Positions 1 to 12,737 of a stretch of DNA of 64,000 bases are shown here, in pieces. The DNA lies in the NCBI RefSeq assembly GCF_036321535.1, contig NC_087436.1:107014001-107078000 (forward strand). The letters are read 5' to 3'. The stretch's first letter is position 1; each line of letters opens with the position of its first letter. Made by a program: the position numbers and the translations under genes. The notes under the pieces were generated by a model that did no database searches, was not told the DNA's origin, and was given only the letters and a program-made list of their open reading frames with translations. This DNA comes from Camelus dromedarius. Lineage: Eukaryota.

Positions 1-576
1 TTAGGTTCCTAGTGGTCCATTTAAGGTGCTATCTCCTTACTGGAGGTGAACGGTGAAGTAATCCCACCTCTTACCCAGGGGGATCGAGTCTTATACCACA
101 GAGCTCCCCGAAGACATCTTTCTCCCATCTCCCTTAATCCCGTGATGCCTCTGTACACCTCAAGTGAAGGGTGAAAGCATTTGCAAACTGTTCCCTGAAC
201 ACTCCTGTAAATTCTGTTTGGTGCTTATTCTCATATTACCTGATATGTTCAAGTTTCGATCTTAACCCAAATCTGTTTTAATAATTCAGCACTTTAAAAA
301 TTATTTTTAACTAGTATGTTTTCTTTCTCAGGAAAAAACAAAAAAAAAAACGTCTTTCGCAGATCCCACTTTTGTTTTGTATTTGGAAGCACCAAACAAC
401 AGGGGAAAAGCTAGAAAAAACCGACACGGTCTAGAAGAAACATGGAGCAGGAAAGAAAGAAAAACAAGCAAACAACAATAAAAACAAGCCCTGAGTTTAC
501 CAGCTCCAAAGAAAATAGATGATCACTGTTATTTTAAGGGGAGAAGGTATGTGTCAGCTCTGTGAATTAGGTTCAT

Positions 577-912
577 TAGCTCTCCAACATTTTGAACAAA
601 TTTTCAACTCTTAATAATTAATGAGATACCTCAAAAGCATTTATGTGGATTATATCTACCAATACTTACTGTATTAGAAATTAAAAGAGAAGTTTTAAAA
701 TACTAGAATATGTGTGTATTCCTTTAACCATCAAAACAACATCATCACATTTCATGCACCTTCTGGAAAACTCAGCAATTCACTCATGAGAAAATAAGAA
801 TGAAAAAGGTAAATAATATCTTAATACAGTTTTGAAAATAGTTTTGGCCTCTTGGTGTTCCTGGAAGGGTCAGGGATCCTCAGGTATCTGAAGATTCTAT
901 TTTTGAGAACTG
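577..912 (-). mobile_element. hAT-Charlie non-autonomous DNA transposon (Charlie1-derived type)
   Basis: The right end 'ttttgaaaatagttttggcctc...gaagggtcagggatcctcagg...tttgagaactg' and internal 'tatgtggattatatctacc...tattagaaattaaaa' resemble a remembered Charlie1-type terminus. Subfamily uncertain. Confidence 0.65.
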
Positions 913-1583
913 TTAAACAAAGTTGTCAGTAACTAGTATCATTTTGTGAGGGGCTTTCAAAAACACAAATGTGAATTGTAACTACTCACAAGCAAATTAT
1001 CATCTTCGGCAACTGCTTGTGAGTATAAACCTTTCCAGGATTCTCAAGTCAGATAAAGAATCAAACTGATGGAAATTAAAATACAGCCTGTCTGGCTTTA
1101 AGGAATTTGACTGATTTGACATATATCTAAATCAATTTGTCTTTCCTGTTACACTTTATTTATTAACTATATTTATCAGAAAAGAAATAGTCAACATAAC
1201 AATTTTGTCCATTTATATTGGCATACAATCTATGTTTATTGATAGATCCCAAAAATAAAACATTGATTTTCCTTTTTCTCTTTTTTGAATAAGTTATGAA
1301 CATTATTCATACCTGCAGCATAAAACAAACTTCAAATTTAGACCATCTCCAACAGCACTGGGAAATGTCACCTCAAAGATAATAATGTAATTGCACTGTC
1401 TCACTAAGAAAGCCAAACTTGCATGAGTTCCCTTCACAAAGAAGAGCCTGGCCTACTTTATGAAACACCCCAGAGGACATTTCCAAGTATCAATATCACT
1501 GACTCAGACAATTTATTAAGATATTCTTTCAAAAGTATTCTCTAAGAATTATTCTTTCCTCCTTTGTACTTAAACAATTACCT

Positions 1584-1585
<2 letters not shown>

Positions 1586-1623
<38 letters not shown>
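1586..1623. repeat. (AT)n microsatellite
   Basis: Directly visible perfect dinucleotide run. Confidence 0.97.
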
Positions 1624-1626
<3 letters not shown>

Positions 1627-2629
1627 TTTATTAAGAATACTTGCCCTGAAGGAGGGATTTAACAAAAGTTTCCACATGTCCAGAGTGGCAGAGATGGTGG
1701 TTAAACCTGAGATTCAGTGGATGTCCCACGGTGTTGCTATGATAAAGTTTGGGATGAATGGCTCCTGCCTGGTGCAGGAGGGAATTCACAGAGATTGCAT
1801 GTCAGAGAACTAAGTGTCAGCCAGAGCGGGAGCTCAGCCAGCAAGGAGAGAAAGTGAGCTCCTCACCCTACTTTGCTGGTGCAAAGAATGCAAAGACAAA
1901 TCTCACCAGTAGCAGTTCCAACCCAGAGGCAACCAAGATGAATATTGCCCTCCATGTTTGCCAGGATAATAGGTAAATCCTGCTCCAGAATATAGGGAAA
2001 GAGAAGAGAGAGAGGAGAATTCTGAATTAGAGACTTCATTTTAAAATGGAAGTTCCCAAACTGACCACGAATTGACAAAATTCAGTTTCAAGTACGTGGG
2101 AGAAATAGAAACTTGATAGCTAAGTTTAAACTCCCCAGGTGATACTGATGCACTTTGAAGTTCAAGAATTGTGTGGCTGGGCTGGCGGATAGGGTACACA
2201 TAGAGAAACAGATAAAGGGAAAGGCGTTTTATAGAAATGTAGTTGAGACAGGAGACTCGATGTGCACTTGGCATTAAATCTCCCCACAAAATGACTCCTT
2301 AGGCTGCCTTTGTTTTCATTTCTATCTTAATAAAATATCTGTGATTTTTACATTTATGTAGATCAGAGAAAATGGTGCACTAGCCTACCACAAATTTTAA
2401 AGGTGATTTCCTGCATCTTGAAAGTTTTTTTTTCAATTTTTCAATAGCTTTTTCTTTTCTTTTTCCTGAAATATTGTATCTTCACTTAGAAGCCCACGTA
2501 TCTCAAAATTAACATCTTACTTACAATTTTTCCTTTCCACCCAATCCCAAAATAATTAATATTTCATAGAAAATCCAACTCTTCATAGCAGTTATCACAA
2601 TTTGCAATTATATTTATATCTGTGCTTAG

Positions 2630-3475
2630 TTTTTAAATTTTATTTTATTGTAGTAAGAACACTTAACATGAGATCTACCCTCTTAAATTTTTAAGTGTAC
2701 AATTCAGTATTGTTGACTATAGTCCAAGGTTGTACAGCAGATCCCTAGAGTTTATTAATCTTACTTAAATGAAACTTTATGATCATTGATTGATAGCTCC
2801 CCATTTATCCCTCCTCCCAAACCCTGACAACCTCCATTCCACTCCATGTTTCTATGAGTTTAATTATTTTGGAAATCTCATATAAGTGGAATCATGTAGC
2901 ATTTGTCTTTCTGTGACTAGCTTATTTCACTCGGCATAATGTCCTCAGGTTCCTCCACGTTGTTACACACTGCAGAATTCCCTTCTTTTGTAAGGCTGGG
3001 TGGTATATTCTACTGTATGTACGCATCAAATTTTCTTTTGGGAAGGGGTAATTACATTTATTTCATTTTGTTTATTTATTTATTTGTTTGTATGTTTGTT
3101 TATTTTAGTGGAGGTACTGGGGATTGAACCCAGGACCTTGTGCATGCTAAGCACACACTCTGGCACTGAGCTATACCCTCCCCCCACACACCAGATTTTC
3201 TTTAACCATTCCACATAGGTGGTTTCCATATCTTGGCTACCATGAATAGTGCTGCAATGAACAAAGAAGTACTAATATCTCTTTGAGTATCTCATTTCAA
3301 TACTTCTGGAGAAATACCCAGAAATAGGATTGCTGGATCATATGGAAGTCCCATTTTAAATTTTTTGAGGAAACACCATAATATTTTCCACAGGGGCTAT
3401 ACCATTTATCGCATTCCTATCAGCAGTGTGAAAGGGTTCCAATCTCTCCACATACTTGCCAACACTTGCCTTGGT
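2630..3475 (-). mobile_element. L1 3' end (L1MA9-like), interrupted by a SINE
   Basis: Contains 'aagaacacttaacatgagatctaccctctt', 'tcatataagtggaatcatg' and 'ggattgctggatcatatgg', typical antisense L1MA 3'UTR/ORF2-end motifs. Flanked by L2-like remnants at about 2580-2625 and 3500-3605. Confidence 0.85.
3039..3185 (-). mobile_element. Camelid tRNA-derived SINE (Vic-1 type)
   Basis: The minus strand reads GGGGGAGGGTATAGCTCAGTG...GCTTAGCATGCACAAGGTCCTGGGTTCAATCCCCAGTACCTCC, then an AAATAAAC-type tail and TAATTACCCC. A and B boxes are present. Imperfect TSD: acgcatcaaattttcttt (3021-3038) / acacaccagattttcttt (3186-3203). Confidence 0.9.
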
Positions 3476-4981
3476 CTGTGTGTGTCTTTTGTGACTGTTT
3501 TTCATACTAGAAGGTCAGTTTGATGAGGGGGCATTCATTGACCTCCATGTTCTTTTTACCTAGTGTCTGTATGTAACTGATTCTCAGCAATACGTGATGA
3601 ATGCATACATGGTAAAGGAGTGGCTGCAGATAGACCCTGAACAATAGCTTGTCTATAAAAGGAGAAATTCATCTACTCCAGGTCACAGCAAACAACTGCA
3701 GCAAAAGCACAGGCCTAAGAGTTATCAGAACAGTCATGGGATTCTTGCAGTGAAGCTTCCTGGGATGGAAGGGAATGTGTGAGATGGTGAGAGCTGAGGC
3801 TGGACAGGGATCAGAATTTGGGCTTGCTTAATAAGAAGATAGAAACATTTAACCTTGAGTCTTTAAGCAAAGGAATAACAGTTCGAAAGCAAGATCATGG
3901 AAATACAAGTCTGGTGGATATGCATAGAGTAGATGGTCTTAAAAGTCCTTCTGGGCTGCATCTTCCCTCCATCCTAAGGGAGCATCGGTGGAATAAACTG
4001 CTCCCAAACTCAGAAGTTCAGTCTTACTTTTCTTCTCATCCCCTGACCAGCAATGTTCTACACAAGTTTATCTGATTCCTGGCTACTTAAAATCTACAAA
4101 GGGCCACTGAAATGAGACTTCTTAAACCAGGATATTTTTTAAAATGTGAAAATAAAATACTAGTTAAAGTTAACTGAATTCCAAACTAAATATGGATTTG
4201 CAAACATGTAAATTATAAAAAAGATTGATGAATCACTTCTTTTTACTATTAACTCTTAATAGTGGGCTCCCTAAACCCAGTTTTTTTTGATCCTCATTCA
4301 CTGTCTACTGATTGGTTCGACAAAACATTTCAACAAGCATGGCTATTTTTTTTTCCATTATACCGTGTTAGAGACAGAAAATTGGAAGGAGAGTAGGACA
4401 CTGCCTAAGACAGGTGCAAAAAAAAAAAAAGCTGATGCCTGATAGTGAGACAGAAGGAATAAAAGGAAAACAAACTAATGTAGAGTAGAGGCTATCTTGA
4501 CACTTAGAAATAGAATATCTTTTTCTCTTAGAAATGGTGGCCCTAAATCACGGAGAAAGGTTTAAATTACATCTAAATACATCCTTCTTAGAAAGACAGG
4601 GAGGTGAATAATTCATTTTTATAATGATTTATATTAAAAAATAGTTTACATAATCTTGTTACTTGTAAACATCAACTACTTAGAAAATTGATATTTAACT
4701 TTAATAGACCAATGGGGGCATTATTGCTAACTGCTCTCACTCTTGTTCAAGAGAATTCAAGATAGCATATCTGACAATCTGCAAATGATCTTGGTCATCT
4801 TTCCTACCTTTTGTGCTTTGAAATTCTCTTTAGCAATCATGAAGTCCAGTGTCTTCATTGTTTCTTATTTCAAGCCATCATCAAAACCAGTACATTATTT
4901 ATTACTGCCTTCTCACTTCCCCTAGTGTGGTGTAGGTCCTCATCACAGTTCACCTGTATTACTAACATTGGCCATTTTGGG

Positions 4982-5116
4982 CTACTTGGCATCTGTTCCT
5001 ATGTTCTTCCCTACTTTTGGCTCAGGTTCTAATTCTTCCACCTCACAGTCCACATACTTCAGAGAAGCTGACTTCTTTCCTGCTGCAGAGGTGGACCTTG
5101 GGAATTCCCGGCCATC
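4982..5116 (-). other. Candidate exon or decayed coding segment of unknown identity
   Basis: Acceptor TTTTGTTTTTGGCAG precedes 5116. The open frame is (D)GREFPRSTSAAGKKSASLKYVDCEVEELEPEPKVGKNIGTDAK*. The sequence stays purine-rich to about 4720. Not recognised as any known protein. Confidence 0.3.
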
Positions 5117-5709
5117 TGCCAAAAACAAAATTGGTTCAGGGATGAGTTCATGAGTTAAGATCCAATCAAAGTAAAATCCAAGACTTTGGTTCCATGGTTG
5201 AGAGAAGAGATGCACTCTGCTTTGGTGCATATGTACAAAGGCTGCAGCAGCCCTTGAAGGTACAGGTGGCCATCTCTGACTACAAAGAAGTAACACTGCT
5301 GAACCTGGATTTAAGACTGAATAAATGGAGAAAAGAGATGGAAAGAGAGAAACCAGGTCCCGGTCATTGACTGAGTAGCCAGAGTAAGACTTGAAAGAAG
5401 CCAGCCTATGATCTAACAAATTCTGTTTCATTTAAATGAGTTAATACTGGAATTTTTGTTTTGTATTACTAAAAAAAATCCCAGTTCATATAATCAGTTT
5501 TCCCTGCCTCTGTTCCAATCTACATTTTATAATCCTGCTGGAATATTTTTCCAGTAACATATCATTCCACTTTTTCATGGGTCACAGGAATATCTTCTCT
5601 TGGTGTTTCATTAAAAAATCCCCAGATTTCTATCTCGTCAAATTTTTGTTTTCTTTTCAGGGCTCTCATAAGAAAACTGCTGAAACCAAGCTAATATGCT
5701 CACAATTCT

Positions 5710-5710
<1 letters not shown>

Positions 5711-5740
<30 letters not shown>
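5711..5740 (+). repeat. Poly(A)30 tract
   Basis: Directly visible. Confidence 0.95.
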
Positions 5741-5744
<4 letters not shown>

Positions 5745-6574
5745 TTTTACACTCTACATTTTACAAATACCAGTCTTCCCTGACCCCTCTACCACTCTCT
5801 CTCCCTTTCAGTCTCTCTTTCTCCTTTTTGTCTCTACTTCTAAAAATGCTGACTCAAAAAACAAACAGGGAATGTTTTCTGTCTGACTCCTATATATCCC
5901 ATTAGGCCTCTTAGTTACAAAAGAATATTGAATATGTGAATTATATTTATCTTTAATACAGTACTAAAAGTTTTTAAAGTGTATTATGTACATCATTTTC
6001 ATTTGAGTGGCATTTTTTTAATTACAAAATGCAATTACATATTTTCTTTTACTCTATACACATAATATGGCATAACAGAAAGAGCATAGATTTTTGTGTC
6101 AAAATTGACTGAGATTTTCATTAGGCTTTGTCATGTGTTCATTGTACGATCGTGGGTAAATCATACACTCACACAAATCGAAACTTTCCATATTTTAAAA
6201 ATGGAGTTGCCATATAATGTGATCAAATATGAAGGTATTTTTACTTTATATTTTATGGTACTTATGTTTATGATGCATAAATATCAGTGTAATTTTTAAA
6301 GCTTTTAAATAAACCAACTTTTAAACAATATTTTTAAGGATTTCTGTACACTTTCAATACTTGAATCAAGACTATATTTTTATTTTTTCAAATATTTACT
6401 TTGCAAAGGTCATGAATATATATTCTAGAAATGCATATTCATTGTGGTGTACATACAGGAATACATTATATATGTACTAATGCATGCACATTGTCAAAAA
6501 TTTAGAAAATACAGAGGAAGAAGAAAATAATTTTATCATTGAAGGAACAACCATTGACAATATTTTGATATATA

Positions 6575-6727
6575 TCTTCCTTTTTTTTTCTTTTATTGCA
6601 AGAACACTTAACATGAGAGAAATCCTCAACAAATTTTAAGAGTACAGATACAATGTTTAACAGCAGATCTCTAGAACTTATTCTACTTGCTTAACTGAAA
6701 CTACTCTTGTTGATTAGTAACTCCCCA
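6575..6727 (-). mobile_element. Short L1MA9-like 3' end, next to an older L1ME-like remnant (about 6470-6575)
   Basis: 'aagaacacttaacatgaga...cagcagatctctagaactt...aactgaaact' is the same motif series as at 2650-2800, preceded by poly-T. Confidence 0.75.
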
Positions 6728-6987
6728 AGAAGTATATTTTTAAACTGACATTATTATATACGAATTCTAAAAATTTGGTTTCACAAAGTATTGTTAATAG
6801 TTTGTAGCCATATTACTTATTTCTGTTATACAACTGAAATTCTAAGACTGTCTTCTATCTGTTGGTTGGGAAATTATCTTGCTTTAAAGAATTTCCTTCT
6901 CTTGATTCTTTTGAAAACATCCAATATCTCATAGCTTTTCCTCCCCAAATCAAAGCCAGACTTCATAACTATCTCCATAATTTATTT

Positions 6988-7530
6988 TGGTAGACATTAC
7001 TACTGTTCACCAATATCTGGTTCTTCTCTCACTCTAATTTTCAGCCATTATGCAGTTGGAGGAATTCATGAGACTAGATCTGGCCAGTGGCTATGGTTGG
7101 ATATGACATGTGATATTTCTGGGCAGAAACATAAAAGAGCTGGTCAATACCTTTCCAGCTGTCTTTTTCTCTAACATTTTGACTGAATAGATCATGCTAC
7201 TCAGGTATGGGATGATGGAATCTTCTCTAGCCTGGATGGCTGTCTTGGTAAATGGAGGATGGTTGCCCTACAGTGGAGGCCCTAAGAGACAATTAAGCCC
7301 TAATTTGTGAAGGTAAATTGCCTTCTCTCTTATGCATCTAGAATGATGATCATATATATCATCCTTGGGAGAACTGCAAATACAGTTGAATTATGAAAGA
7401 CTGCCCCTAAGAAGGTGCTAGACTTGCAGTAGACTGCCTGAGTGAGAAACTTTTTTAAGCTTAGCAACTGGGTTTTTTAATTTTTAATTTTTTGGGGGCC
7501 ACTATGAAATAATGATGTCTATTCTAATAC
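6988..7530 (+). mobile_element. MaLR LTR (MLT1J/I-like)
   Basis: Contains 'tgcagttgga...catgagactagatctggccagtgg...tgacatgtgatatttctgggc' and 'gcagtagact...gagtgagaaac'. About 130 bp of extra sequence lies inside it. Confidence 0.65.
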
Positions 7531-8499
7531 TGTTGTTTCAGGAAAATCCTACCTTAAATAACCATTTCAAACTGTCTCAGTGTGAGAAATCCCAAACCAA
7601 GTTTTTTTCATATGGGTGTAGTTTAATTCTTCATTTTATACCTTGAAATGGCCAAAATACATCAATCTTCTCTATCCTCAAGGACCCATAGACTACATAT
7701 CCAGCTCTCTATATTCTTCTATCACTTATTTGTATTATTCTGTTTATTTACATTACAATTTTCCTCTTGAAGGGTACCTTGGTAATATTTAGAAAACTCT
7801 TAACTATTCCTGAAAGAGAACATCCGTGATGGTCACGAATATTGTCTATGACTCTGAGTTTCCATTTAACATAATTTCTAATTACATAAGCATTCTAACT
7901 CCCTCTTTCTTCAGGCAGAGTCCCAAGTATCTCATGTGCTTTCTTTGGCAGCCATTCAAATTCTGTGCCAACTTCATCCCTACAAAACACTCAGAATCTG
8001 CTGCTTTTCTGCCTTGTGACTTGACCTTGACATTGCTGCTAGAATGTGACATTGCTATGACTTCCCACTTTGTTATCACTCCCTTTGTCAGTACCAGTGA
8101 TCCTTGTTGAGGTAAAGGAGGTCCCTCTCCCCGCACCCAACCCCAGTAATACCAAAGAATACTAAAAGAAAATATAACTCAATGTTTTGAGGTAACTCAC
8201 AGGGTAGGGTATCTTTAATGTTCTTTCATTAGCAATGACCTGTGGATCCTAAGACTGGAAAATATGGCTTAATTATGATTTTCATTGGATGGCAGGGCTT
8301 AGATTCTGGAAATGCATAGTGTTCAGTCTGGATAACTCTAAAGAACATAGCAGAACTGAGCTTGCTTTAGTGGATCTAGCTATGAGAATACGATGTGAGA
8401 GGCAGAAAATGGATATGGGAGAATCAAAGTGGAAAAAGAGGAAAAGGAGGCATACTATTTTAAATATAATGAGTTTGAGGTAACTGTGCTGAAATTGGG

Positions 8500-10310
8500 A
8501 ACACTAGTCTGTGGTTTAGAAAAACAGAAAAACACATAGCCTTAGCAGCCAGCAACATAAAAGAAGCTATGGGAGTACACATATACACATGAGGATATTC
8601 TATATTATCTGATTAACTGCAAAGAATCTTTTATACCTGAAAACATGGTTAACTAGATACCCCAGAAGTTTTCTTCTATGAAACATCTAGGAGTACTGAA
8701 TTGTAATATAACAATCATCTGTGAAAATACATCACTGACCTACTAATAAAAAGAGGTTTCTCTATAGGGACAAGATCCTAAAAGAAGTTGAAAATAAGAA
8801 AATAAGTGGGGTGATGAAACCATATCTACCCTGACTACATGATGGAATCTTCTGTCACCCAGAGACTTGTGTTTCAATGATGCTGGGCTCATGCAAGGTG
8901 AGGATTTAGGACTGGAAGCCAGAGCCCTCAAAAGACCATGTGAAAGTATGAAACAAGGACAAAAAAAAAAAAAAAAACAGTCTGCCCAAAAACAAAGGGA
9001 GAGATAAAGGAAATATATATCTTAGCCCAGACTTAAAAGAAAACAAAAGCTTCTCCTGAGAATTTATAAAAATCAAGCCATTCCTCAAGTGGAGTTGGAA
9101 TTATTTGTACTATCTATATGATCTGATAAAGTACATGCTAAAAAATAATGAATTCAAAATGATTTCAGGTTAGTAGAACCGTAGAGTGCCAACTAGAAGC
9201 AAACACAGATATTCTTTGGAAAAATGTGCCCTAGTAAAAGGCCTACAAAATTTCTAATGATAAAGCCCAGCCACTTGAACAAGAATTTATAATTAAAAAT
9301 TTATAACACAAAGGGAAACAAGCCAACAAAATAAAGGTCAGAAGAATCAACCAACAGTAAAAGCAGACTTCCCAAGAACTTCTGTAATGAAATCCCAAGA
9401 TATAAAATTTGAATAAACATTTTAAATAAATAAAAAGCAGAATTGAAACATACTAAAAAATCAGACAATTAAAAACAGAATTGAAAAAAAATGGAAATTC
9501 TCAAAATAAAAAATATAGTCACTGAAATTAAAAATCTTAATAAAAGATTAAGTGTAAGATTAATCACAGCTGAAGAGAGAATTAATAAACATGAAGAAAC
9601 CTGAAAAAAATAATACCTAAAATCCAGCCCAAAAAAGCAGAGGTGTCAAATATGATTGTTTTAAAGCATGGAAGATAATGAGGCTCACATAGATCTAAAT
9701 AAAGAAGGAGATAATTCAAAAAAATGAGACAGAGACAATGTTTAAGGGATTAATAGCTGTGAAATGCTCAGATTCTATGCTCAATGTGGGAGACTGTGCT
9801 CTTTGCACAGTAAACTAGTTTTTCAAGCCCCCCTGCATTAAGGGGGCCCATTCAACTAGTTCTTAGAAAAGGAATGTAAGTGGAAAAAATGAAGTGGTCA
9901 CTTTCTGACTTAATACGGTTACAAGTAGGTGGACATTTCTCATTCTCAGTTTTCCTTTCTCTCCCTCTTTTCTTTCCCTCTCTCCATCAAACATAATGAA
10001 TTGATGAACCCATGTCAAACTTGAAGAACTCTGGATTTCAGGTTTCTTCCATACAGGACAATAGCCCAGGAAAGCCACTACCCAGGAATATCTGCATTGA
10101 AGTTTGCATGAGCAAGAAATAAAACTTGTAGTATATTAAACCAATGACTTTAAGAGCTATTTGTTATAGCAGCTAGTATTAATTACCCTGACTAATATAC
10201 TGAGACTCAGGAAACCCAGTGAATCTTAAGCATAATAAATAAGAAATTCTTATGTACGTCAGACTAAAACAATAACAGCATAACAAAAGTAAAGAATAAT
10301 CTTAATCAGA
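8500..10310 (+). mobile_element. Ancient L1 5'/ORF1 remnant, split by an MLT1 LTR
   Basis: A-rich sense strand with ORF1-like motifs ('gaaattaaaaat...acagctgaagagagaatta', 'gagactcaggaaacccagtgaatc...aataaataagaaa'). No intact ORF. Left boundary uncertain. Confidence 0.55.
9786..10199 (+). mobile_element. MaLR LTR (MLT1J-like)
   Basis: Begins tgtggg. Contains 'ctgcattaagggggcccattcaactagttc...ggaatgtaagtggaa' and ends 'gcatgagcaagaaataaaact...tttgttatagcagctag...ccctgactaatata'. Confidence 0.75.
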
Positions 10311-10319
10311 AATCAAATT

Positions 10320-11090
10320 CTATATTTTCTTCTTTTAATATAGCTCTCAAAATGACTAGTTTTTCCTGTCTCCATCACAAATGCCTGAATCAAGTTGTCA
10401 TCCTTCCCATGAAACACTGAAATAGCCTCCTAACTTATCTCCCATCCTCCACTACTGTCCCTCCAATTCTTTCCTCGTCTAGAAAAAAGTGTGAACTTTA
10501 AGAAATGGAAATCCATTATTACTATACTTCTGCTGTAAAACCTGCACGGATCTCCATTTCTCCCGGGATATGGTTCAGACTCTATAACTTAATTTTTAAG
10601 GTTTTCATCAATATGACTAACCCTACCTCACCAATTGTATCTCTTGTTATTCTCATCGTCTCTGGCCATACCAGACTTACTTATTTTATTTAATGAGTCA
10701 TTCTCTCATTTCCAGGTGTTCTAATGTTCTGTTTATTTACCCAAAATACTTCCCCTTTCACCTTTTCATCTTTTATGCATTCTTTGAGTCTCCGTTCAGA
10801 TGTCCTTTCACCTGAAGTTTCCTCAGATAACCAAGGCTAGTTTTAATCTTTGAGTTTCCACTTTGGAAGCATTCACAGTTCTATCCCAGTAGATACATTT
10901 TACTTCTACTTTTGAAGCATTTATCAAGATAATAATTGTTGGTTTATTATGATTCTGGGATTGAAACTTAGTTTGTGTCTTAAGGATTGGGTTTATAAAT
11001 GTCTTGATGGCAGTATACTGAATATAGTTTCCAGTGCATAGTAACATACAGCAAATATTTCTAGAATGAGTTTTAATCAATGAATGAATT
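10320..11090 (+). mobile_element. L2 LINE 3' fragment
   Basis: Contains 'aatagcctcctaact', 'tctggccataccagact' and 'tcagatgtcctttc', ending in 'catagt...aaatattt...tgaatgaat'. Confidence 0.7.
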
Positions 11091-11159
11091 AACCAAAATA
11101 ATACAGAGTAAAATAATACATGTTTTAGGAATTTTTCTGCTTATTTTAAAGATAATTAT

Positions 11160-11640
11160 GCATGGATGAACCTGGAGACTGTCATTCTAAATGAAGTAAA
11201 CCCGAAAGAGAAAGAAAAATATCACATGATATCACTTTTATGTGAAATCTAAAAAACAAGAAAAAAGGAAAAATACAAATGAACTAATTTACAGAACAGA
11301 AACAGACTCACAGACATAGAAAACAAAATTATGGTTACCAGTCGGGGAAAGGGATGGGAAGGGATAAATTGGGAGTTCAAGATTTGCAGATACTAATATA
11401 TATAAAATAGATAAACAACAACTTTATACTGTATAGCTCAGGGAACTATATTCAATATCTTGTGGTAATCTATGGTGAAGTAGAATATGAGAACAAATGT
11501 ATGTATGTTCCTATGTGACTGAAGTATTGTACTGTACACCAGAAATTGATACAACATTGTAAACTAAATGTACTTCAATAAAAATATATTTAAAAATTAA
11601 TTAATTAATTTAAAAACTTTTTAAATAAAAATATTTTCAA
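11160..11640 (+). mobile_element. Young lineage-specific L1, 5'-truncated, with TSD
   Basis: Reads 'catggatgaacctggag...aaacagactcacagacatagaaaac...tgtacaccagaaattga' followed by an A/T-rich tail. TSD: aaagataattat (11148-11159) / aaagacaattat (11641-11652). Confidence 0.9.
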
Positions 11641-11939
11641 AAAGACAATTATTAGACATCAGACTGGTATTTGATCTTAGTCTTTATCAGAAAAATAAGC
11701 AAATCTTGGCAATTAAAGTTAAAAAAAAAGACAAAAAATTTGATCTCTCATAATTTATTAATGGACCTCAGGTGCACAAAATGGTGTTAATCACAAACCT
11801 TGGTTCATTATGAATTGTAATCACTAACATATATGTGTTCTTCACTCATTTATTTTCTTGTTTGTTCATTTGTTGGTTAATTTATTTATCTATTCATGCA
11901 TGCATTCAGTCATCCAATTGTGGTGGGATTATAATGAAA

Positions 11940-12620
11940 ATCTGTGAACGTGACGTCCAGTCTAAGAACTAAAACACTCACCATGCCCTCTGACTGCCTT
12001 GCCCACTGTGTTGTAAGAACTATCCTGGGTTTTATGTTTATCATTTTTTGTTTCTCAAAATTATATTATTATGTACATAGATATGCCTCAATTATATGTG
12101 TTTACTTTAGATCCTTAATTTTAACTGCAATAAAGTGTATTATTCAGCATGTTGTCACCTGGGACTTTTTTTGCTCAATTTCCCATTGTTGAAATTCATT
12201 CATATTTTTGCACGTAGCTGAGTTTATTTTTTTTCTTGCTGTTTAATATTTCATCATATAAATATATTTTAATTAATTTATTTATTCTTTCTCCTATTAG
12301 TGAGCATTTGATTGTTTCTAGTCTTTTGCTTTTATGAATAGTGCTCCATATGGTCATTCTCATACATGCCTTTTATGGTAAATGTGGAAGTATTTCTCTT
12401 GGGTCTATATGTAAGAGTGGAACTACTGGACCATGAGAGATAATGCCAATTTGTTTTCCAATATGTCTATATGGGCAATGAGTTTGAGATCATGCTTATT
12501 TACAATCTATCTGACCCTTGGTTTTATCAGACTTTTTAAATTTTGCCAATGAGTTTGTTATAAAATCTATTTCCTGGTGGTCTTGTTTTATGTTTTCCTT
12601 TGCTTTCTAATATTGTAAAA
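11940..12620 (-). mobile_element. Ancient L1 (L1ME-like) 3' fragment
   Basis: T-rich, with 'gttgaaattcattcata', 'gagcatttgattgtttctagt', 'gagtggaactactgga' and 'ttttaaattttgccaat'. Confidence 0.65.
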
Positions 12621-12737
12621 TATTCAAGGTCAAAATGGCCTATTTACAAGTTAGTGAATTCCTTGCTTTTGAAATGTTCAAAGAGTGATTAAATATTCAC
12701 CTGGTAGGCTTTCTTCTTTGGGCAGAGATTAGACCAT

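Noticed and set aside
3110..3185. tRNA-like sequence with A and B boxes
   Set aside because: It is the head of a SINE (tail and TSD present), not a tRNA gene.
5711..5740. Poly(A)30 as the tail of a retrocopy
   Set aside because: No TSD, poly(A) signal or recognisable upstream element, so I treated it as a simple repeat.
9813..9861. AACTAGTT direct repeats flanking a GCCCCC/GGGGGC hairpin
   Set aside because: Explained as decayed MLT1J LTR sequence.
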